In this document: positions 1 to 8,500 of the stretch, in pieces
Layout: the number at the start of each line of letters is the position of its first letter
Numbering within the stretch: position 1 is the first letter of the stretch
Virus record (IMG/VR): IMGVR_UViG_3300045988_111756
Span: 1 to 40,642 of that record
Source: a virus
Strand: one strand, 5' to 3'
Length of the DNA: 40,642 nt
The notes under the pieces: generated by a model
Told to the model about the DNA's origin: nothing
Database searches by the model: none
Seen by the model: only the letters and a program-made list of their open reading frames with translations
Program-made: the position numbers and the translations under genes

Positions 1-56
1 CTTGGTTTGCTTGATTTGCTTGATTTGCTTGGTTTGCTTGATTTGCTTGATTTGCG
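1..56. repeat. Tandem 9-bp repeat array CTTG(G/A)TTTG, 6 units. The same array, with 42 nt of identical overlap, is at the window end (40575..40642). It is in frame and encodes (ANQ)n on the minus strand
   Basis: Direct reading: units G,A,A,G,A,A at the start; G,G,A,G,A,A,G,A(partial) at the end. The last 42 nt of the window equal the first 42 nt. Confidence 0.9.
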
Positions 57-316
57 ACACGAGCCGCGCCGCCTTTGGCCCCTGCCTTCCGGCGTTTTTC
101 GCTCACCTCTTCGTACCTTCTGAAATTAAATTCCTGACGTGGCTTGAAGGCTTCAAAGAGTATGTCTGTCACAGCGTCAAGCTCAGGCTTGTCGCAAGAT
201 CCTAGCAAAGAAACCAAAGCCTGGATAACGTCTCTGAACTGCTTGTCAGAGAGCTTTGACAGGGCTGGCCACATGTCAGCATACAAAAGTATCCCGGGCG
301 GCGTCTGGGTAGACAT
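1..316 (-). CDS. Replication initiator-like protein, N-terminal (5') part, YdaU/DUF1376-like. The ORF has no stop before the window start and continues across the junction into 40056..40642
   Basis: ATG at 314-316 (minus), MSTQTPPGILLYADMWPALSKLSDKQFRDVIQAL... ending in ANQANQANQ that runs off position 1. The frame is continuous with the (QAN)n frame at the window end. The DUF1376 assignment is from memory only. Confidence 0.55.
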   Translation of the reverse strand, partial: MSTQTPPGILLYADMWPALSKLSDKQFRDVIQALVSLLGSCDKPELDAVTDILFEAFKPRQEFNFRRYEEVSEKRRKAGAKGGAARVANQANQANQANQANQANQ

Positions 317-317
317 A

Positions 318-548
318 TCAGCTCCCTGATTTTGCCTGTTCCTGCATTTTCAAAGCGGCCTTTTCGAGCATTTTCATTGCCTGCCGCAGTTTCTGGGCGT
401 TCTCGTCAACCACGCTTTTCCTCTTTCCCCGAACAAGGTTGCTAATTGTCGGAGCTGGGACTTCAGCCACGCTGGATAGCAATGTGGCCGTGCAGCCGGT
501 GCGCTCAAAAAACGAGCGGACTTCATCGGCGATGCATGTCGTTTCCAT
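318..548 (-). CDS. Cro-like XRE-family HTH regulator (76 aa), first gene of the leftward operon leading into the replication gene
   Basis: HTH motif TGCTATLLSSVAEVPAPTISNLVRGKR. RBS GAGGAGG 6 nt upstream of ATG 546-548. Stop overlaps the start of the next gene. Confidence 0.7.
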   Translation of the reverse strand: METTCIADEVRSFFERTGCTATLLSSVAEVPAPTISNLVRGKRKSVVDENAQKLRQAMKMLEKAALKMQEQAKSGS

Positions 549-667
549 GAGTACCTCCTCACGCTTGTTTTCTTAGCAAAGGCTAATAGCATACGCAAAT
601 ATTTTATTCAAGCATTTAATTAATAATTGCTAATTTTTTGCGCATGCTTCGATGGTAGGAGGTGCTT
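549..667. promoter_or_regulatory. AT-rich divergent promoter/operator region (genetic switch) between two HTH regulator genes
   Basis: AT-rich 119 bp between divergent starts. Holds TAGC-N4-GCTA at 574-585, a half-site at 629-632, and the inverted repeat GCATACGCAAAT (589-600) / TTTGCGCATGC (637-647, 1 mismatch). Confidence 0.6.
574..585. promoter_or_regulatory. Operator-like palindrome TAGCAAAGGCTA (TAGC-N4-GCTA)
   Basis: The same palindrome architecture recurs at 1113-1124 and 1146-1157. Confidence 0.4.
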
Positions 668-1051
668 ATGCCTATCAAAGAAGAAGTACTGAATGTTTTC
701 CGACAAATGGTTGAGGAAGAAGGTGACAATCAGGCTAAGGCTGCCGCCAAGTTGGGCGTGAACCAGGTAACGTTCTGGGGCTGGCTGTCTGGCTCCAGAA
801 ACATTGGGAGCGACGCCTTGTGGAAGGCTCTGGACGCCGCTGGGGCTCATGTCGTGCGTGGTAACGATAAGTTTACGGACGAAACCGTTACTGAACATGA
901 ACTTCGGGCCCAATTGTCTGCGGTCAAATTAGATTTGGCTGCCGCTCGTGAACGTGCTGCTGTATATAAGAAAATGGTGGACAAGCTGATGGGGAGAGAT
1001 GCGAACAAGGACGCTAGGGAAGAGCCAGAAAAATTCCGTTCCGCGGAATAG
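668..1051 (+). CDS. CI-like XRE-family HTH repressor (127 aa) with a C-terminal coiled-coil/acidic tail
   Basis: HTH QAKAAAKLGVNQVTFWGWLSGSR. RBS AGGAGG at 656-661, ATG 668. Followed by a terminator. Confidence 0.7.
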   Translation: MPIKEEVLNVFRQMVEEEGDNQAKAAAKLGVNQVTFWGWLSGSRNIGSDALWKALDAAGAHVVRGNDKFTDETVTEHELRAQLSAVKLDLAAARERAAVYKKMVDKLMGRDANKDAREEPEKFRSAE

Positions 1052-1068
1052 TTATCAAGTAGATTATC

Positions 1069-1100
1069 GGCCCGTCTGAAAATGGCGGGCTATTTTTTTT
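1069..1100 (+). terminator. Rho-independent terminator after the repressor gene
   Basis: GC stem gcccgtc/ggcgggc with a 7-nt loop, followed by T9 (1092-1100). Confidence 0.55.
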
Positions 1101-1112
1101 GAAAAAAGTTTT

Positions 1113-1157
1113 TAGCAATTGCTATTTTTCTCTTGCCATAAAAATTAGCTTTTGCTA
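1113..1157. promoter_or_regulatory. Two operator-like palindromes, TAGCAATTGCTA (1113-1124) and TAGCTTTTGCTA (1146-1157), in an AT-rich putative early-right promoter
   Basis: TAGC-N4-GCTA architecture identical to 574-585. Located between the repressor terminator and the early operon. Confidence 0.4.
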
Positions 1158-1200
1158 TTGTCTCCTTAACGCAAGGGGGAACACCCCAAAGGAGACACCA

Positions 1201-1503
1201 ATGACCACAACCACTGAATCCAGATTGCCGCCGTGGCGTGGGTGGCGTGCGTCCTCATCGTATCAGGGATGCTGTTCACTGTCGGGACGGACTTTTAAAA
1301 TTCCGGGTTCCCCGGGACCACGGCAGGGTCAGACGCTGCCCTTCGCCGCGAGGCGTCAGGGGCGGCTATCAGGGATACAGTCTCTCTCTCAGGCTACTAC
1401 CTCTCTCTACATAGCCGCCCTTCACCACTTTCCCCAAATTCCCTGCCCGGCACAGGCAGGGCCATGCGGTTCCTCCCGCACAGGACAAAGGCGGGGCCTA
1501 TGA
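1201..1503 (+). CDS. Doubtful ORF: basic low-complexity 100-aa product (S/R/G/P-rich). The region may instead be a structured noncoding leader
   Basis: Good SD AAGGAG 7 nt before ATG 1201, but the composition is atypical. Hairpins at 1362-1426 (9-bp stem ggcggctat/atagccgcc) and 1493-1512 (ggcggggc/gccccgcc). Confidence 0.2.
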   Translation: MTTTTESRLPPWRGWRASSSYQGCCSLSGRTFKIPGSPGPRQGQTLPFAARRQGRLSGIQSLSQATTSLYIAALHHFPQIPCPAQAGPCGSSRTGQRRGL

Positions 1504-1528
1504 GCCCCGCCGCTTAAGGAGTAAAAAA

Positions 1529-1906
1529 ATGATCATTAACTGCACGCCACATGACGTGGCCATATACACCGTCTCAGACTGCATCCTGAATAACGGAAGG
1601 CTCTATCTCCACGAGAAGGCGGATATGGAGTACCCCGAGCCTTTGCGCGTGTACCCAGCCGCCAAGGAGCCGGCCCGCATGCACTTCGTGCAGGGAGACC
1701 CGGGCATGGCGGACGGAATTATGGTTTATCACTGGGGGCCCTACGGGATCACCGGCCTCCCCGATGCGAAGCCGGGCACGTACTATATCGTGTCCAAGAT
1801 ACTAGCTCAGGTATGCCCTGAGCGGAAAGATATCATCTTCCCCGGAACGTTGGTGTATGACGCCGACGATAATGTCGTCGGCTGTATCGACTTCTCCAGA
1901 GTGTAG
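1529..1906 (+). CDS. Hypothetical early protein (125 aa), first gene of the exo-recT operon, in the position of lambda gam/kil-type genes
   Basis: SD AAGGAG at 1513-1518. No recognisable motif. Confidence 0.55.
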   Translation: MIINCTPHDVAIYTVSDCILNNGRLYLHEKADMEYPEPLRVYPAAKEPARMHFVQGDPGMADGIMVYHWGPYGITGLPDAKPGTYYIVSKILAQVCPERKDIIFPGTLVYDADDNVVGCIDFSRV

Positions 1907-1917
1907 GGAGGCAGGGT

Positions 1918-2739
1918 ATGTCCAAGATCATCTATGACCAGCCGGCCGCCGACTACTTTGCGGAAAAGGCGCTGAACAATACCTCCATCGGCTACCTTCT
2001 GGAATGCCCAGCCCTCTACAAGGCACATCAGACCATGGAGGAGACGCCGAGCAAGGCCTTTCTCCTCGGCTCCCTCCTGCATGCCATGGTTCTGGAGCCT
2101 GACAAGGTGGCCGAGCGGTACGCAGTCTGCCAGCACCCAGGAACCACCAAGGCCGGGAAGGAAGAGCGCAAGGCCCTTTCCGAGAAAGGCATCACGGCCT
2201 TCTCCGGAGAAGACTGGCACCAGGCACAGTCTATGGCGGGCTCCCTGCTCACGACGTGCCCGGCCACGGCGAAGCTCCTCACTCTCCCCGGGAAAAGTGA
2301 GGTCTCCATCTACTGGGATGAGACCGTTGAGGGCAAGCCCCTTCCATGCAAGGCGCGTGTCGACCGCCTTGCGCAGCTGTCGGACGGCTCATGGGTCGCC
2401 ATCGACCTAAAGACCACCGCCGACACGGTGAAGCCCTCGGAGCTTGCCCGCAAGGCGTACAACTACGGGTATCACCGGCAGGCCGCATGGTACACCCGGG
2501 GACTAAGGGCCTGCGGCATAGAGGCCCCCTTCATTTTCTGCTTCGTCTCAAAGCAGGCGCCCTACCTCGTGACGCCGCTGTCCTTTACGGCTGACGCGCT
2601 GGCGCTCGGTGATGACCAGTGCATGCGGGCATGCCGCACCCTGATCCACTGTCAGGAAGACGACGAATGGCCGGCCTACACGACCGGCATTTACGAAGTG
2701 GATCTTCCAGAGTGGGCCTACTATCAGGCCTCAAAATAA
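1918..2739 (+). CDS. PD-(D/E)XK recombination exonuclease (YqaJ / lambda Exo-like)
   Basis: Motifs VDRL...WVAIDLKTT (D..D-x-K) and GYHRQAAWY, typical of YqaJ/PDDEXK_1 viral recombinases. Sits immediately upstream of recT. Confidence 0.75.
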   Translation: MSKIIYDQPAADYFAEKALNNTSIGYLLECPALYKAHQTMEETPSKAFLLGSLLHAMVLEPDKVAERYAVCQHPGTTKAGKEERKALSEKGITAFSGEDWHQAQSMAGSLLTTCPATAKLLTLPGKSEVSIYWDETVEGKPLPCKARVDRLAQLSDGSWVAIDLKTTADTVKPSELARKAYNYGYHRQAAWYTRGLRACGIEAPFIFCFVSKQAPYLVTPLSFTADALALGDDQCMRACRTLIHCQEDDEWPAYTTGIYEVDLPEWAYYQASK

Positions 2740-2752
2740 TAGGACAACTCAG

Positions 2753-2800
2753 TTGTGGTATTAGTTGTGGTATTAGTTGTCCTATCAGTTGTTCAAGGAG
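2753..2800. repeat. Four tandem 12-bp units (ttgtggtattag x2, ttgtcctatcag, ttgttcaaggag) in the exo-recT intergenic region
   Basis: Direct reading. Overlaps the recT RBS. Confidence 0.5.
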
Positions 2801-2808
2801 AAAAACGT

Positions 2809-3849
2809 ATGAGTACGATGAACAATAACTTACCTGATTTGATCATGCGCTCCAAGCCTCAGTTCGCTCTCGCCATCGGTGGCAGCACCCCCGCCCAGAG
2901 GCAGGAGAGGGCCGAGCGCTTTACCCGCATCTGCCTCACGGCCATGAGACAGACACCCAAGCTCGCACAGTGCGAACCGGCCTCTATCCTTGGCGCCATG
3001 ATGACATGTGCTCAGCTCAATCTCGAGCCAAACACGCCGCAGGGCCTCGCCTACCTCATCCCCTACGGCAGGGAGTGTCAGTTCCAGGTAGGATATAAAG
3101 GCCTTATGCAGCTCATGTACCGGAGCGGGGCTATCGCCTCCTTCAATGCCGATGTGGTCTATCGGCAGGAGGTCGAGCAGGGCCTCTTCGAGTATGAGAG
3201 CGGGATTAGCCCCCGTATCAGCCATAAGATAGACCTGCTCAATCCCGAGGCCCGCACGGGTAAGCCCGAGGACGTCATAGCCGCATACGCCGCCGTCGTC
3301 CTCAAGACCGGTGAGCCGATTGTCCGCCTCGTCACCAAGATGGAGATTGACCAGGCACGGGCCCTCAATCGGGGCAACTCCCCCGCATGGCGTGACCATT
3401 ACGCAGCCATGGCCATCAAGACGGCCATCAAACGCCTTTCCGCATGGCTCCCGGTCACGAAGGTCGCCGATGCCTTCGCCGCGGAAGAAGCCACCGCGCC
3501 CGCTGAAGCCGTGGTCGAGCATGAGAAGCCCACTCCCGCGGCTACTGTGGACGCGATCAACGCCATGCTTGCCGGGGAAGAGAAGCCGGCCGGGAAGAAG
3601 GCCGACGAGCCCGAGAAGGAAGAGCCGGCCGCCGTCGAGCAGGCCGGAGAGAAGCCCGCGGAACAGCACGCGGAGAAGGCAGAGGAGCAGACTTCCGCCC
3701 AGAAGGCTGCAGCCGAGCCCGAGCCTCAGCCCGCCCAGGCCAAGGGCCCGGGGGAAAAAATCAAGTGCCCCGACACCGGCAAGCTCGTCGACGACGTAGC
3801 CGACTGCCCGAACTGCCCCCACCGGCAGGGATGCCCTCAGTGGGACTAG
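2809..3849 (+). CDS. recT: RecT-family single-strand annealing protein with a low-complexity acidic linker and a C-terminal CxxC...CxxC zinc ribbon
   Basis: RecT signature QCEPASILGAMMTCAQLNLEPN...GLAYLIPYG...QFQVGYKGLMQL. C-terminal KCPDTGKLVDDVADCPNCPHRQGCPQW. RBS AAGGAG before ATG 2809. Confidence 0.8.
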   Translation: MSTMNNNLPDLIMRSKPQFALAIGGSTPAQRQERAERFTRICLTAMRQTPKLAQCEPASILGAMMTCAQLNLEPNTPQGLAYLIPYGRECQFQVGYKGLMQLMYRSGAIASFNADVVYRQEVEQGLFEYESGISPRISHKIDLLNPEARTGKPEDVIAAYAAVVLKTGEPIVRLVTKMEIDQARALNRGNSPAWRDHYAAMAIKTAIKRLSAWLPVTKVADAFAAEEATAPAEAVVEHEKPTPAATVDAINAMLAGEEKPAGKKADEPEKEEPAAVEQAGEKPAEQHAEKAEEQTSAQKAAAEPEPQPAQAKGPGEKIKCPDTGKLVDDVADCPNCPHRQGCPQWD

Positions 3850-3945
3850 ATGGATGACGGAGGGGCGGTAAGCCCCTCCAAATTACCGAATGCGCCGTAA
3901 AACCCCGCCCTTCAGGGCTGGGGATATAAGGCGCGTCCGCCGAAT

Positions 3946-4305
3946 TTGCGTAAGCAATTGAAGGCGGACAATTCTCTTAAGTACCATATCGTTTTTTGCC
4001 CTAAGTATCGTCGCAAAGTACTGGTGAATGGTGTGGATGTGAGGTTAAAGGAGCTCATCAGATCCATAGCCGACGAAAACAAGTTTGAAGTCATCGAAAT
4101 GGAAATCATGCCAGACCATGTGCATCTGCTTTTGGAGGTAGACCCGCAATTCGGAATCCATAAAGCAGTAAAGACAATCAAGGGCAAGACATCGAGGATA
4201 CTTCGCCAAGAATTTCACTGGCTGACAACGAAACTGCCTACGCTTTGGACGAACTCCTATTTTTGCTCAACAGTAGGCGGCGCGCCGCTTGAAATCGTCA
4301 AGTAA
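3946..4305 (+). CDS. tnpA: IS200/IS605 Y1 (HUH) transposase TnpA
   Basis: KYHIVFCPKYRRKVL, HUH motif PDHVHLLL, catalytic Tyr in WTNSYF. TTG start (no in-frame ATG upstream). Confidence 0.85.
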   Translation: MRKQLKADNSLKYHIVFCPKYRRKVLVNGVDVRLKELIRSIADENKFEVIEMEIMPDHVHLLLEVDPQFGIHKAVKTIKGKTSRILRQEFHWLTTKLPTLWTNSYFCSTVGGAPLEIVK

Positions 4306-4337
4306 TATATCGAGAGTCAGAAAACGTCGCAAAGGAA

Positions 4338-5471
4338 GTGAAAGAAATGGAAACGTACACGCTCGGCTACAAGTTCCGCATCTATCCGAATGCGACGCAG
4401 GCGCGTCTCATCCATCGGACGCTCGGCTGTGCCCGTTTCGTGTACAACCATTTCCTCGCTGTCCGCCGCGACCAGTGGAACGCGAACCGCAAGTCCATTG
4501 GCTACACGGAATCCAGTAGATTGCTCACTGACCTCAAGAAGCGCGAGGAAACTGCGTGGCTGTCCGAAGTAGACAGCATGGCATTGCAGGAAGCCCTGCG
4601 CAACCTCGACCGTGCATTCCAGAATTTCTTCGATAAGCGGGCAAGATACCCGCGCTTCAAGTCGAAGCATAGTCATGCGCAGTCCTACCGGACACGCAAT
4701 CAGTCAAACGGTGTGCGCATCGTCGGCAAGAGAATCAAGCTGCCGAAAATCGGCCTTGTGAGAATCAAGCAGAGCCGCGAATTTTCAGGCAGGATTCTCT
4801 CCGCAACCGTGAGCCGCACAGCGTCCGGCAAATACTTCGTCTCGCTCTGCGTAGAGCAGGACAAGGCAAAGCTCTTGCGTCCGAATGCAGGCGGGCAGAT
4901 TGGCATCGATGTCGGCATCAGGGAATTCTATACGGACAGCAACGGCAATACCGTTGAGAATCCGAAGCCGTTAAAGAAGCTCCTACGGAAGCTAAAGCGC
5001 GAGCAACGCAGGCTGTCCCGCAAGCTGCCCAGGTCGCAGAACCGGGGCAAGGCGCGTGTGCGCCTCGCCCGCGTCCACGAGCGGATAGCGAATATCCGCA
5101 AAGATTTCCTGCACAAATGCACCACGCGGCTTGCCCGTGAAAACCAAACGGCAGCCGTGGAGCATTTGAATGTGAAGGGAATGCTCAAGAACCACAGGCT
5201 TGCGCAGGCAATCTCGGATGTGAGCTGGTCAGAGTTCTTCCGCCAGCTTGCATATAAGATGGAGCTGCGCGGCGGCGAGCTATTAAAGGTCGAGACCTTC
5301 TATCCGTCGAGCCAGACGTGCAGCGTCTGCGGCTATCAAAACACCGAGGTGAAGAACCTCGGCGTCCGCGAATGGACGTGCCCGCAGTGCGGAGCGCATC
5401 ACGACCGCGACCATAACGCGGCAAAGAATATCCTGCGGCGAGCCTTGGAGAACAAAGCCAAGGCAGCCTAG
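4338..5471 (+). CDS. tnpB: TnpB (OrfB) RuvC-like RNA-guided endonuclease
   Basis: RuvC-I GIDVGI. Zinc finger CSVCGYQ...CPQCG. RuvC-III DRDHNAAKNI. 377 aa, appears intact. Confidence 0.85.
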   Translation: MKEMETYTLGYKFRIYPNATQARLIHRTLGCARFVYNHFLAVRRDQWNANRKSIGYTESSRLLTDLKKREETAWLSEVDSMALQEALRNLDRAFQNFFDKRARYPRFKSKHSHAQSYRTRNQSNGVRIVGKRIKLPKIGLVRIKQSREFSGRILSATVSRTASGKYFVSLCVEQDKAKLLRPNAGGQIGIDVGIREFYTDSNGNTVENPKPLKKLLRKLKREQRRLSRKLPRSQNRGKARVRLARVHERIANIRKDFLHKCTTRLARENQTAAVEHLNVKGMLKNHRLAQAISDVSWSEFFRQLAYKMELRGGELLKVETFYPSSQTCSVCGYQNTEVKNLGVREWTCPQCGAHHDRDHNAAKNILRRALENKAKAA

Positions 5472-5597
5472 CATAGCAAAAGTACCGTGGGGCACACGGA
5501 AACTCACGCTTGGGGAGATCGTGTAAGACGCCAAGTCCTAGGATGCGGCGCAGTGGTCGTCGAACCAAGAATCCCCCGGATTTATCCGTGGGGAGTG
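5430..5597 (+). ncRNA. Putative omega-RNA (right-end element RNA) of TnpB, overlapping the tnpB 3' end and the IS right end
   Basis: Established biology of IS200/IS605 TnpB. Local hairpins at 5485-5499 and 5573-5593. Boundaries are inferred, not observed. Confidence 0.3.
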
Positions 5598-8500
5598 TCA
5601 TCTAGGGCTCACCACTGACAGCGGTGTTCCTTCGCCTTCCTGCCACTGTTCCACGCCGCGCATAACACGACGAGATACAGGGCCGACAGGAACCCTGCTT
5701 ATATAGCTTCCCAAGTCTATTGCCGACATAATCAGCTTTTCCGCGTCCACATCTTCCCCCCTTGCCGCCTTACTGCCACGGGAAAGAGCCGTGCCAATGA
5801 GCTGCATGGGAGTGTCAAACGCGGTAGAAAGTTCACCGCCTCGACCACCTGCGCCAGAGGCGGAGATAATCATATCAGAAGCAGCGTTGCCGAACACGGG
5901 AACGGCCATGGCCGCCTGTCCCATGATGGACGATATCAGGAGCTTCTTCAGCTGTTCGTCGTCTTCTTCGTCGCCACCAAAAGCGCCCTGCATAAGCCCC
6001 TTCATAACGACCATGCCGAGAGCAGGAAGTAGCATATCGTATGCTTCCATTTTGGTGAACTCGAACTTACTCACCTTGCCGCGCTTTATGCCCTGCAACG
6101 CATATCTCGACCTCTGAGCAAACTTTGTCGTTGCGCCGGAAAACATATTGAACATGCGGACAATGCCCTTATCACGGCCGAAAGCGGAGCGGGAAAGAGC
6201 GTCGTTGTCAGGGTTACTCTGAGCAATGACCTTGTCGGCATACGCCACGGCCTGCTCATGGAACTCTGAGTTCTTATCTATCGTCCAGCCTGCTTTGCCG
6301 CGCAGTTCCTTCATGCGCTTATGATACGCGCCGCTCCAAACTGCGGAAGTAATCACGAGGTCTGCAACAGCTATGGGCATCATTCCAAGATTGGCCACGT
6401 CTTCCCAGGTGTACACCTTGCCGTTTTTGATAATCGTCATCTTGCGCTCAGGATCGAACCTCATAGCCTTCCGCGCCATATCCTGATCTATGTTGCGGTA
6501 TCTGCGCTCCATGTACGGGCTTGCCGCGAATATCTCCCGAACAAGGCCAGTTCCACGCGTGGTGAGCTGAGCAACGCCACGGGCAACACTGGCAAGGCCA
6601 ATATCATGTATCGCAGGGAATACGGCCGTAAGCTGCATAAGTGCCGTGTTCAGATTCATGGACAGGGCGTAATAGACAAGGAGCTGTCTAGCCTTCTCCG
6701 CAATCTGATACAAGCCGGAGTTTGGCGTCACATCGTCAACGACAAGGGCTTTCAGGTTTGGCCTGATTCTGTCGTAATCCTGTATGCCGAATACTCTCTG
6801 ATACTCGGAAGCAAACACAGGAGAATTGATAACCTTGTCCGCGAAACGCACGTCATAGCCAAGCTCGATAAAACGAGCAGAGTCCACAAGGTGTTTCTGC
6901 AGGGCATCGACGCCGAGGCGGACAGAACGTCCGGTGTGCTTCACGCGCCCCATGGTAAAGCCTTTGCGTGCAGCAGGCACACCGAACAGCCCTTCCGATC
7001 TGTCAAGGATATCTTCCTTGCCTTCGAGAGCGCGCATCTTCACGTCAAGGCGAGAATCGTACTTGATGGGATAATAGCCGCCACGCAGTCCGATTTCTTC
7101 ACCGCCGACAGTAACGGCAAACGCGCCCGGCTCTATCCCCTTCGGAGCAAAGCCGTATATCTTCTTATGGGCCTTCTGAGTGTCTTCCCACTGGCTGCCG
7201 AGAACATCCCAAACGCCCTGTATGGCACGCCAGTCAGCAGCAGAGAGTATTCCGTCACGTTTTGCACGGCCAGACACAAGCTGTTGCGCCTCAGTGGGGT
7301 TGATATCAAAAAGCGTAACTGCCGCGTCGTCGCCAAGGAGTAAAGAGACCATATCATAAGTTAGGCCGCCTCTTCCGTCCTCATCGAAATAGCTGGACCG
7401 CAGACGTTCCCTGTTTCCGTCGTTGCCCATGTTGAGAGCCATGCCGATAACCATTTCAGCAGTCCAGCCCTTTTCCCCAGAACGTCGCATAGCTTCAGGG
7501 ATGGGCACAAGTTCCCCTTTCTCATCCCTGACGTTCAGCACACTCTTGCCGTACTTCTTTCCCCATTCTTTCATGCTGGAAAGAAGCTGCACCAAGTGAG
7601 GAGTGATAGCCTTATTCGTGCTGTTGAGTCTCGACTGGAATCTGTCAGTAGCCTCCCTGAGCGGCTCATACACCCCGCGTTCTGCGGCGCCTGCGGAGCT
7701 TCCCTTGCGGCCAGGAACATTCTGAAAACCGTCAGCTTTACGCATTTCCCATTCAAGGGAGTCTATAGAGCTAAATCCCTTGTCGAGCCTGTCGCCTACA
7801 GAGTCCCTGCGGCTTGCGTAGTACGTCGGCATAGACGACATGCTTTCCGCCGCACTGTTTGCAATGCTGTTTATTTTTGCGTTCAGGCTTTCTTTGTTTG
7901 TGGCGTTCTGTTCCCGGCCGGAGTGTCTCAGGAAGTCAACAAGATTGCCGACCTGTTCCACCTCCTCAATCTGGAGCTTGTCCCAGCGGAGAGCAATGCC
8001 GCGCTTGCGTTCGGTCTCGTCTGGGTTGGCGAGGTCGAGCAGCCAGTCAGGGAACATAGGCATAAGGTCTATGGCGGAAGTATCGCCCACACTCTTTTCC
8101 ACAAGTTCACGCAGGGAAAGTTCAGCCGAGTCAACATCCCACGCCGTAGCAGGAGCACGCACGCCAAGGCCCATAGCGAGCTTTCTGAGCGCCTCAGTTT
8201 GTGCGGCGGCATAAGTGCCGGGCTTTACCATGTTCGCGCGTCTCAGCTTGTTCTGGGCGGCTTCTATGGTCTTCTTCGCCTTGTTCACTTCCTGCAGCAT
8301 GGCGAAGGCCATACGAGCACGCTGCACGGCACGAACGGCTTCAACGTCTCTGCCACGCTTGGCAGCTTTGGAACGGTCATTCATAGCGCGGCGAAGGGCA
8401 GCAATGAACCTGGACGGCGAAAGCTGCTGCACTGTCATGCCTGCGACTTCACGCTTTGCCATGTTGCGGTAGTAGCTTTCCGGCAGGCTTTCACGTTCCA

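Larger units (their letters stand above)
3850..5597 (+). mobile_element. IS200/IS605-family insertion sequence (tnpA + tnpB) filling the convergent recT / gp16-like intergenic space
   Basis: Y1 transposase plus TnpB. Subterminal hairpins 3859-3879 (8 bp), 5485-5499, 5573-5593. Lower GC than its flanks. Exact ends not determinable without homologs. Confidence 0.7.

Noticed and set aside
1-56. Terminal repeat arrays as a possible CRISPR array or attachment-site direct repeats
   Set aside because: Units are 9 bp with no spacers, are in frame within a coding sequence on both sides, and the ends overlap exactly. This is consistent with a circular junction inside a gene, not with CRISPR or att sites
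1099-1200. 5' part of ORF 1099-1503 (MKKVFSNCYFSLAIK…)
   Set aside because: It reads through the terminator T-run and the operator palindromes. Only the 1201 ATG has an SD, and even that ORF is doubtful
2755-2808. N-terminal extension of recT (MVLVVVLVVLSVVQGEKR…) from an alternative start
   Set aside because: The extension is translation of the 12-bp tandem repeat. ATG 2809 has a proper AAGGAG RBS
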